Assembly (NCBI GenBank): GCA_031431875.1
Contig: JANPEF010000008.1
Coordinates: forward strand, 2,284 to 66,283
DNA from: Candidatus Eiseniibacteriota bacterium
Lineage (GTDB): Bacteria; Eisenbacteria; RBG-16-71-46; DASYSL01
Direction of reading: 5' to 3'
DNA length: 64,000 nt
Part shown: piece after piece, positions 18,114 through 25,730 of the stretch
Position numbering within the stretch: position 1 is the first letter of the stretch
Layout: every line of letters begins with the position of its first letter
The notes under the pieces: generated by a model
Databases searched by the model: none
Seen by the model: the letters and a program-made list of their open reading frames with translations, nothing else
Told to the model about the DNA's origin: nothing
Translations under genes and position numbers: made by a program

Positions 18114-18475
18114 CCCGCCCGCAGTTGCTGGCCGCCTTGCTCACGGTCGGTCTTGCCGTGGGCGTGGTCGAGCTGGTGCGCCGCCGCCGGCTGTCCGAGG
18201 AGTACTCGCTGCTGGCGCTCGTCGCCATGGCCGGCGTGCTCGTCGTCGCGTTCTGGACGAGCGGCGTGACGACCTTCACGCACTGGTTCGGCGCGCTCTA
18301 CGAGACGTCGGTCATCTTCTTCTTCGGGCTCGTGTTCGTGATGGTGGCGCTCGTCTACTATGCGGTGAAGCTGACCCGGCTGACGCAGGAGGTGCGGCGG
18401 CTGGCGCAGGAGAGCGCGCTGCTTCGGCTCAAGCTCGAGCGTGCCGAGCGGCGCGACGGGGAGGGCGGACGATGA
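18110..18475 (+). CDS. small DUF2304-like membrane protein (GT2 partner)
   Basis: 121 aa. GTG overlaps the GT2 stop. Three TM helices (…LLTVGLAVGVVELV…LLALVAMAGVLVVAFW…VIFFFGLVFVMVALVYY…) plus a C-terminal amphipathic/coiled tail. Confidence 0.6.
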   Translation: MTRPQLLAALLTVGLAVGVVELVRRRRLSEEYSLLALVAMAGVLVVAFWTSGVTTFTHWFGALYETSVIFFFGLVFVMVALVYYAVKLTRLTQEVRRLAQESALLRLKLERAERRDGEGGR

Positions 18476-19479
18476 ACGCCGGCAAGCTCAAGGTCCAGCT
18501 CGCCATCGGCCTGCTGCTGTCGGCGGCGCTGTTGTGGCTGTCGCTGCGCTCGCTCGACCTGCACGAGGTCCTCGCCGCGCTGGCCGGCGCGAACTGGCTG
18601 TGGTTCCTGCCGATCTGCCTGTTGACGCTGCTCTCGTTCTGGGTGCGCGCGGTCCGCTGGGGCTGGATCCTGCACGGGATCAAGCCGATCCCGGCGCCGC
18701 GCCTGTTCGCCGCGACGATGATCGGCTTTGCCGCCAATAACCTGCTGCCGGCACGCCTGGGCGAGCTGGTGCGCCCCTGGGCGCTGGGCACCAGCGAGCG
18801 CATCTCGCGCTCCTCGGCGTTCGCCACGATCATCGTCGAGCGCGTCGTCGACATGTTCTGCATCCTGCTGCTGTTCGCGGTCGCCCTGGCGCTGCACCCG
18901 TTCCCGAAAATGGTGCAGGACGCCGGTCTCGCCGCGCTGGCCGTCAACGTCTTGCTGCTGGCGCTCCTCATGTCGATCGAACGCAGCCCGGCGCAGGCCG
19001 AGCGCGCGGCGGCGTGGGTGGAGCGGCGCGCCCCTTCGCGGATTGCACCGGCGGCCGCCTCGCTGCTGCGCAACTTCTCGGGCGGCCTGGGCGTGTTCCG
19101 CAACGGGCCGGGCCTGCTGAGGGTCACCATCTACTCGGCGATCATGTACGCCGTGACCGCGCTCGGGATGCAGGGTTGCATGTGGGCGTTCGACATGGTG
19201 GTGCCGTGGTATGCCGGCATCGTCCTGCTGGTCATCACTGCGTTCGGCATGATGATCGCGCCAACGCCGGGATACCTGGGCGCCATCCAGTACGCCTGCG
19301 TGCTGGGCCTGTCGCTGTTCGGCATCGACCGCGCGGTCGGCTTCTCGTTCTCGCTCTACTACCACCTGACGCAGTTCCTGCCCATCACGGTGGTGGGATT
19401 GATCTACCTGGGTCGCGCGGGGATGTCGCTCGGGCAGGTCGCGACCGCAAGCCGGGAGGGGGTGGGGGCCAGCGGCTGA
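18472..19479 (+). CDS. UPF0104 / LPG-synthase-TM-like 'flippase-like' membrane protein
   Basis: 335 aa polytopic protein. ATGA overlap with the previous gene. This family recurs next to DPM1-like GT2 genes. Confidence 0.65.
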   Translation: MNAGKLKVQLAIGLLLSAALLWLSLRSLDLHEVLAALAGANWLWFLPICLLTLLSFWVRAVRWGWILHGIKPIPAPRLFAATMIGFAANNLLPARLGELVRPWALGTSERISRSSAFATIIVERVVDMFCILLLFAVALALHPFPKMVQDAGLAALAVNVLLLALLMSIERSPAQAERAAAWVERRAPSRIAPAAASLLRNFSGGLGVFRNGPGLLRVTIYSAIMYAVTALGMQGCMWAFDMVVPWYAGIVLLVITAFGMMIAPTPGYLGAIQYACVLGLSLFGIDRAVGFSFSLYYHLTQFLPITVVGLIYLGRAGMSLGQVATASREGVGASG

Positions 19480-19596
19480 CGGCGAACGAGGCGGGTCGGA
19501 TCCGGGTTCACGCGCCTGAGTGTCGAGGGCCACTCGACGCGGGGACACCGTCGAAGGACGGAGTGAACCGGCCCGCCGAATAGAAGCTCGTGCGCG

Positions 19597-20814
19597 CTAC
19601 GGGCGACGCACGTGTGCCAGGACCTTTTTCACCGCGAACACCGCATCGTCGACGTCGACGTCGGTCATGCGCGGATAGATGGGCAGCGTGAAGATGCGCG
19701 GGTAGATGCGCTCGGCGACCGGAAAGTCGGCCGCGGCGAAGCCCAGCGTGTCGCGGTAGTAGGGGTGCTTGTGCACCGGGATGAAGTTGACCGTCGTGCC
19801 GATGTTCTCGGCCTTGAGCAGCTCGAGGAAGCGGGCCCGGTCGACGGTGAGGCGCTCGATGTCGAGCTCGATCGTGTACAGGTGCCGCGCGTGGTAGGCG
19901 TCGGGATGCACCCACGGGATCGTGACCTCGGGCACGTCGGCGAACGCCGCGTCGTAGCGCGCCGCGATCGCCTGGCGACGGGCGTCGAAGACCGGGTGGC
20001 GATCGAGCTGGGTCAGGCCCAGCGCGGCCGCGAGGTCGGTCAGGTTGTACTTGAATCCGGGTGCGGTCACCTCGTAGTACCACGAGCCCGCGCTCGAGTA
20101 GCGCTTCCAGGCGTCCTTCGAGATACCGTGCAGCGACAGCACCTGCGCCAGTGCCATGAAGTCGGCGTCGGCCGAGACGAGGCAGCCGCCCTCACCGGTG
20201 GTGATGTTCTTGATGGCGTAGAACGAGAAGCACGTCGCGTCGGCCAGCGTGCCGACGGGGCGGCCGTGCCAGCGGGCGCCGAACGAGTGGGCCGCGTCGG
20301 CGAGCAGGTGCAGCTTGTGGCGGAGGCACAGTTCGGCCAGCGCGTCGTAGTCGGCAGGCTGCCCGGCGAAGTCGACGGCGATGATCGCCTTCGTGCGCGG
20401 CGTGATCGCGGCGGCCACGCGCGCCGGATCGAGGTTCTTGGTGCGCGGGTCGACGTCGACCAGCACGACCTTCGCGCCGCAGTGGATGATGACGTTCGCG
20501 GTCGAGACGAAGGTCCAGGTCGAGGTGATCACCTCGTCGCCCGGGCCGATGCCCCAGGCGGCGAGCGCCAGGTGCAGCGCGCCGGTGCACGAGTTGACGG
20601 CGAGCCCCTGCGGCGCGCCGGACAGCTCGGCGATGCGGCGGCCGAGTTCGATCGCCTTCGGTCCGGTCGTCACCCAGCCGGATTCGAGCGTCTCGAGCAC
20701 GGCGGCCTTCTCAGCCTCGCCGACGGACGGCAGCGCGACGGGCAGGAAGGTTTCACGGACGGGGGCGCCGCCCTCGGCGGCGAGCGGGGCGGACAGGTCG
20801 CGGGGGTCGCTCAT
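19597..20814 (-). CDS. DegT/DnrJ/EryC1/StrS-family PLP-dependent sugar aminotransferase
   Basis: 405 aa from ATG 20814 (MSDPRDLSAP…). Contains …LESGWVTTGPKAIELGRRIAEL… and …CFSFYAIKNITTGEGG… (PLP-lysine motif). The rest of the 794-aa track ORF is the upstream gene plus a read-through. Confidence 0.9.
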   Translation of the reverse strand: MSDPRDLSAPLAAEGGAPVRETFLPVALPSVGEAEKAAVLETLESGWVTTGPKAIELGRRIAELSGAPQGLAVNSCTGALHLALAAWGIGPGDEVITSTWTFVSTANVIIHCGAKVVLVDVDPRTKNLDPARVAAAITPRTKAIIAVDFAGQPADYDALAELCLRHKLHLLADAAHSFGARWHGRPVGTLADATCFSFYAIKNITTGEGGCLVSADADFMALAQVLSLHGISKDAWKRYSSAGSWYYEVTAPGFKYNLTDLAAALGLTQLDRHPVFDARRQAIAARYDAAFADVPEVTIPWVHPDAYHARHLYTIELDIERLTVDRARFLELLKAENIGTTVNFIPVHKHPYYRDTLGFAAADFPVAERIYPRIFTLPIYPRMTDVDVDDAVFAVKKVLAHVRRP

Positions 20815-21812
20815 GCGCGCAGCGTCTCCGCAAGGGTGAGGACGTTCGAGTAACGGGCGGCGCGGAAGTCGGCTTCGGGTCGGTCGCGGAGCCAGGCGGC
20901 GATCTCGTCGACGCCGGACTCGACGGTGCGGCTCGCGTGGAAGCCGAGTTCGCGCTCGATGCGGGCGAACGACACGCGGTACGAACGCGGGTCGCGCGTT
21001 TCCTGGACGGTGAGACGGGTGCCCGGGAAGCGCGCGGCGATGCGCTCGCCGAGGTCGGCGATGCGGAGGTTCAAGGCATCCGAGCCGACGTTGAACGTCT
21101 CGCCGGCCGCGGCCGGGTGATCGAGACCGAGGACGACGGCGCGGGCCACGTCGTCGACGTGCACCTGCGGGCGCCACTGGTCGCCGCCGTGCACCTCGAC
21201 GATGCCGTCGCGCAGGGCGCGCGCGGTGAGCAGGTTGACGACCAGGTCGAAGCGCATGCGAGGTGCTGTGCCGAACACGGTCGCGAAGCGGAGCACGCAG
21301 GGCGCCTCGGCGCTCGACGGGTGCGCGGCGATCAGGGCCTCGGCCTCGAGATGTGTCTCGGCGTACAGCGACAGCGGTGCCGTCGGCGAGAGTTCGTCGA
21401 GCCAGGTGTCGCCGGCGGCGCCGTAGACCGAGCAGGTCGAGGCGAAGACGAGCCGGCGCAGGCCGGCCGCGGTGGCGGCGGCGAGGACGTGACGCGTGCC
21501 CTCGACGTTGACCGCGCGCGTGAGCACGGGGTCGAGCGCGCAGGCCGGGTCGCCGACCAGGCGCGCCAGGTGGACGACGCCGTCGCAGCCCTCGGCCGCA
21601 CGACGGACGGCGTCGGCGTCGCGCACGTCGCCGCGCACGAGGGTGAAGCCGGGGTGGTCGCGCAGCGCGGCGACCGAGTCGTCGGCGAAGAGGAACGAGT
21701 CGAACCCGCGGACGGCGTGACCGTCGGCGAGCAGCAGGGCCGCGACCCTCGTCCCGACGTAGCCGGCGACGCCGGTGACGAGCACGGGACGAGCGGAGAG
21801 GGGAGCGGGCAA
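20811..21812 (-). CDS. NAD-dependent epimerase/dehydratase (extended SDR)
   Basis: …PVLVTGVAGYVGTRVAALLL… (Rossmann GxxGxxG) and …YAETH… (YxxxK-type). Start chosen as TTG 21812 with AGGA 5 nt upstream; an alternative GTG lies at 21779. Stop overlaps the DegT start (ATGA). Confidence 0.75.
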   Translation of the reverse strand: MPAPLSARPVLVTGVAGYVGTRVAALLLADGHAVRGFDSFLFADDSVAALRDHPGFTLVRGDVRDADAVRRAAEGCDGVVHLARLVGDPACALDPVLTRAVNVEGTRHVLAAATAAGLRRLVFASTCSVYGAAGDTWLDELSPTAPLSLYAETHLEAEALIAAHPSSAEAPCVLRFATVFGTAPRMRFDLVVNLLTARALRDGIVEVHGGDQWRPQVHVDDVARAVVLGLDHPAAAGETFNVGSDALNLRIADLGERIAARFPGTRLTVQETRDPRSYRVSFARIERELGFHASRTVESGVDEIAAWLRDRPEADFRAARYSNVLTLAETLRA

Positions 21813-22024
21813 GGACGTCCTCGCAGGTGGAGGGGCGCGATCGGTGGTCGGTCGCGCCGACACGAAAACGCTGCGCCGAAGGGCGCAGCGACAGAATGAT
21901 GGTAATCGGCGGGATGCTTGCGCGACAAGGGCCATGGCACGGGCCCCGTCCCGCGCGGCGATCACGCGCCTGACCCCCCACGGGTCGCCGCCCCGGCGGC
22001 GCCCGCGAAGGCGCGAGGTGGACG

Positions 22025-23545
22025 GTGAGTCAGAAGAAGCAATTCGTGCGCGATACGGCGGGGTTCGCCCTCAGCCAGTACCTGTCGCGCTTCGTCCAGC
22101 TGTTCCGCGGCCTGATCGCGGCCCGCATCCTGGGGCCCGCGGCCTACGGCTCGTGGAACGCGCTGCTGCTGGTGCTCGACTACGGGATCCTGACGCAGCT
22201 CGGGCTGCAGCAGGGGCTCGATCAATGTGTGCCCGGCGCGCTGGCCAAGGAGACGCCCGCGCAATCGTCGCGGCTCAAGCAGGGCGGCATCGCCGGGATG
22301 ATCGTGCTGTGGATCCTCTTCGCGGTGGGGACCGCGATCTACCTCGTGGTGCGGCCGCGACGGCTGGCCGAGAGCTGGGGTGCCTGGGGCGTCATGCTCA
22401 TGGTGCTGGCGGTCCTCTTGCAGATGCTCATCTACTACCACGGAACGCTGCTGCGCTCGCACGGCCGGATCGGGGTGGTCAGCAAGACGATGACCATCCA
22501 GGCGATCATCGGCGGCCTGGCCGGGCTCGGCCTGCTGTTCCCGTTCGGGGTGTGGGGCCTGCTGTTCGGCTGGCTCCTTGGACAGGTCGTCGCGCTGATC
22601 TACATTCGCCGCCTCGGCGCGGAGTTCGCGCCGCTGGCGTTCGTGCCCAACGAGCGCACGCGCGAGTTGCTGGCCCACGGCTTCCCGATCTTCCTGTTCA
22701 TGGCGACGACTACGGTCCTCAAGTCGATCGATCGCGTGATGATCCTCAAGTTCCTCTCGGTCGAGGCGCTCGGCTACTACTCGATCGGCCTGATGGGCGT
22801 ATCGATGCTGCTCTACCTGCCCGAGTCGATCGCCTACGTGCTCTATCCCCGCCTGCTCGCCAAGTTTGCCGAGACCGGCGATCCCGACGTGACCGCGCGC
22901 GAGATGGTGCGCCCGCTCGCCGTCGTGGCGTGGGTCATGCCGCTCGTCGTCGGCATCTCCGTGTTCTGGGTGCGCGAACTCGTGCTCCTGTTCCTGCCCC
23001 AGTACCTGCCCGGCGTGCGTTCGCTCGCGCTTCTGCTGTTCGGCGCGCTGGGGCTGGCCCTCTCCAGCATTCCCGCGTTCTATCTCATGTCGATTCGCCG
23101 CCAGGGACAACTCATTCCGCTGGCCCTGCTGACGATCGCGGTCGAGGTCGGACTCATCCTCTTGTTCCTCCACTCCGGCGCGAAGATCGAGGGCGTGGCG
23201 CTGGCGGTGAGCCTCGGTTCCGCCATCTACGGGCTGGGGCTGCTCGGCTTCGCCGCGATGCACGCCGAGTCGACGACCCGGGCGCGCGTGGGCTTCGTGC
23301 TCAAGAGCGCGCTGCCGTCGATCCTCACCGTGCTGATCTGCGTCGGGCTCTACCTCGGCCTGCGACCACGGCTCGAGCCGTTCGCCTCGGAACTCGTGAT
23401 CTCGTTCCTGCTGAGCCTGCTGTTCGTGCTCTTCTACCTGCTGCTCGCGCGGCGGCTCAAGCCGCGCACGGGCGTGGTCGCCATGCTCCGGGAATCGAGC
23501 TGGCCGTTTGCGCGGATGCTGGCCGGGGTGTGGTCGCGTGATTAG
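22025..23545 (+). CDS. second Wzx-like polysaccharide flippase (MOP superfamily)
   Basis: 506 aa, ~12 TM helices, GTG start. Divergent from the DegT/SDR pair. Confidence 0.75.
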   Translation: MSQKKQFVRDTAGFALSQYLSRFVQLFRGLIAARILGPAAYGSWNALLLVLDYGILTQLGLQQGLDQCVPGALAKETPAQSSRLKQGGIAGMIVLWILFAVGTAIYLVVRPRRLAESWGAWGVMLMVLAVLLQMLIYYHGTLLRSHGRIGVVSKTMTIQAIIGGLAGLGLLFPFGVWGLLFGWLLGQVVALIYIRRLGAEFAPLAFVPNERTRELLAHGFPIFLFMATTTVLKSIDRVMILKFLSVEALGYYSIGLMGVSMLLYLPESIAYVLYPRLLAKFAETGDPDVTAREMVRPLAVVAWVMPLVVGISVFWVRELVLLFLPQYLPGVRSLALLLFGALGLALSSIPAFYLMSIRRQGQLIPLALLTIAVEVGLILLFLHSGAKIEGVALAVSLGSAIYGLGLLGFAAMHAESTTRARVGFVLKSALPSILTVLICVGLYLGLRPRLEPFASELVISFLLSLLFVLFYLLLARRLKPRTGVVAMLRESSWPFARMLAGVWSRD

Positions 23546-25730
23546 GCACCTGCTCACACCAGGCACGTGGTGGCTCGACGATCACCTGCCGCAGATCGAG
23601 CGGGCGACGATGTGGGGCAAGGTCGTGCTCTACGCGCTGCTCGGCAACCTTGCGGTGATGGGTTCGCCGGACGGGCTGTTGCTCTACGGTCCAGCCGAAC
23701 CCGGGGTCGGGCCGCTGGCGCGCACCATCCCGGCGCTCCTGGTGTGTGGTTTCGTCCCGGGCTGGGTGCTGGCGCGCGCGCTGCGGATCGACGGTTTCTG
23801 GATGTCGGTCGCCTGCGCCGTGTTGTTCTCGGCGTTCCTCGCCGCGGCGACCGCGGTGCCGGGCCTCGCCCAGGGCGGGAGTTTCGCCACGTCCGGGATC
23901 TTTCTCGGGCTCGCGCTGTGGACGCTCGCCATCGTCACCCTGGCGCGTGGCCTGCGGCGCATGCGCGGCGCGCCCCGAAGCGGTGTCGACGTGCCCACGT
24001 TCGTGCGGCCGTGGTCGGCGCTCGCGGTCGTCACGTTCGTGTCGCTGATCGCCGCGGTGCATGCGCAGAACCACGGCCTGGCGTGGCGCAGCGACGGCTG
24101 GTTCCACGGGGCAGTGACCGCGCGGCTGGCCGACGCGGGCCTGCCGCTGACAGATCCCTACTTCGCCGGGCAGGCGCTGCACTATCCGTACTTCTGGCAC
24201 GTGCTCGTGGGCACGACGGCTTCGGTGGGCGCGCGCCTCGGCGTCAGCGTTTTCGACGCGCTCGCCGGCTGGTCGGTGATGTCCGCGCTGGCGACCGCTG
24301 CCGCACTGGTGGCACTCGCGCACGCATGGGGCCGGCGCGCGGGGCTCGACGCCGCCGCGCGGGATCGAGCCGGCGCGTTCGCGGTGGCCGCGGCCATGCT
24401 CCTGGTCAATCCGTTCGGCTGGGTGCTGTGGCTCGGTCGCGGACTCCTCGGCGCCGATGGGGGCATGGCGGTGCTCACGCGTCCACTCATGCAGGGCGCG
24501 GCCGAGACGCTGGCGGCCATGTCGCTGATCACGCCGCACGTGAGCCTCGCCTCCACGCTCGACAAGTTTCTCACGCCGACGGCGTTCGGTCTCGCCCAGG
24601 CGGCGTTCCTGGTCGTCGCCGCATTCCTCGTCGGGCCGCGCCCGGCGCGGTACGTCGTGGGGGCCTTCGCCGTCGCGATCGGCTCGCTGGTGCACACGCT
24701 CCTGCCCCTGGTTTTCGCGATCGGGGTGGGCGCGGCCACACTGGCGCGGGCGACGGCCACCGACGGCGGCCGCGCGTTCGGGCGGGCCGCGGGACCGGTG
24801 TTCGCTGCGATGGCCTTCGGCATCGCCGTCCTCTGGCCGTACCTGCTGCAGGCGACCGCGCGGGGCACCGGGGGCCTGCGCTTTGGCGGTCATGCCGACA
24901 TGGCGCTCGCGGTCGTGCTGCTGGCGCCACTGGTGGCGCCGCTGGCGTGGACCGAGGCGCGACGGCGGACGTGGCGCCCCGGCTTCCGCGCATTCAAGGC
25001 GGGGTGGTTCGCGCTCGCGGCGATGCTGCTCTTCCTCGCGCTGGCGGTCACGCTCGTGCAGCGCAACGAGACGAAGTTCCTGAACCTGGCGCTCCTCGCC
25101 CTCGCCGTGCCTGCGGGCGTGGCGCTGGCGCGGTTGCGGGTCGCGCCCGCGGTCGGGCTCTGCCTGCTGGCTGCGCCGACGACGCTCGTCGCGCTCGCCG
25201 GGTTCGCGCTCGACCCGGGTCACGAGACCGTGGGCCGACGCGTGCCGCCGCCGGAGCTGGCTGCCGCCTATGACGCGGTGGCACGGCGCACGACGCGGCA
25301 CGATGTCCTGCTCGAAGCCCAGGCGGCGGACGCCCAGGACCCGGACCGGGATCTCCTGGTGCATGGTCCGCGCAGGCTCGTCTGGGGCGGCGAGGGCTAC
25401 GCGCACAACTGGGGCTACCCGGCGGCGGACCTCGCGCTGCGGCGCCGCGCCGCGCTCGAGCTGGCCGCCGGCGCGCTCGAAGAGTCGACCGTCGACGACC
25501 TGCGACGCCGGGCCGCGGCGGTCGGCGGGCATGTCTTCGCCGTGCGCCGGGATCCCACGGCGCCTGCACTGGGGGGGCCGTGGGCGCGCGTGTTTGCCAA
25601 CCACGCGCTCGCGCTCGAGGAACTCGACGCTCCGGAGATGACCCCGCGGGCCCGGTCCGTCGACTCCGTCGCCCCGGTCGAACCGCCGCGGGCCGTGCGC
25701 GTGGGCGTGCGCGAGCGGGAGCAAGGATGA
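23538..25730 (+). CDS. large polytopic membrane protein, paralog A (putative GT-C-like glycosyltransferase/polymerase)
   Basis: ~730 aa. GTG 23538 overlaps the flippase stop; alternative starts are TTG 23508 and ATG 23610. ~12-14 TM helices plus a C-terminal soluble domain. Loop motif SDGWFHGAVTARLADAGLPLTDPYFAGQALHYPYFWH is shared with the proteins at 25727 and 50655. Confidence 0.6.
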   Translation: MIRHLLTPGTWWLDDHLPQIERATMWGKVVLYALLGNLAVMGSPDGLLLYGPAEPGVGPLARTIPALLVCGFVPGWVLARALRIDGFWMSVACAVLFSAFLAAATAVPGLAQGGSFATSGIFLGLALWTLAIVTLARGLRRMRGAPRSGVDVPTFVRPWSALAVVTFVSLIAAVHAQNHGLAWRSDGWFHGAVTARLADAGLPLTDPYFAGQALHYPYFWHVLVGTTASVGARLGVSVFDALAGWSVMSALATAAALVALAHAWGRRAGLDAAARDRAGAFAVAAAMLLVNPFGWVLWLGRGLLGADGGMAVLTRPLMQGAAETLAAMSLITPHVSLASTLDKFLTPTAFGLAQAAFLVVAAFLVGPRPARYVVGAFAVAIGSLVHTLLPLVFAIGVGAATLARATATDGGRAFGRAAGPVFAAMAFGIAVLWPYLLQATARGTGGLRFGGHADMALAVVLLAPLVAPLAWTEARRRTWRPGFRAFKAGWFALAAMLLFLALAVTLVQRNETKFLNLALLALAVPAGVALARLRVAPAVGLCLLAAPTTLVALAGFALDPGHETVGRRVPPPELAAAYDAVARRTTRHDVLLEAQAADAQDPDRDLLVHGPRRLVWGGEGYAHNWGYPAADLALRRRAALELAAGALEESTVDDLRRRAAAVGGHVFAVRRDPTAPALGGPWARVFANHALALEELDAPEMTPRARSVDSVAPVEPPRAVRVGVREREQG

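Noticed and set aside
19480-19596. Short stem-loops (GTCGAG…CTCGAC; CCGTC-gaag-GACGG) between the convergent UPF0104 gene and the DegT gene.
   Set aside because: The stems are only 5-6 bp, with no U-tract. This is insufficient to call a terminator with any confidence.
20815-21981. N-terminal 389 aa of the 794-aa minus-strand ORF upstream of the DegT aminotransferase.
   Set aside because: It is an in-frame read-through. It is Arg-rich and low-complexity, in a different frame from the real SDR epimerase gene occupying the same DNA (20811..21812). The DegT protein starts at the internal ATG 20814, which makes a 4-nt ATGA overlap.
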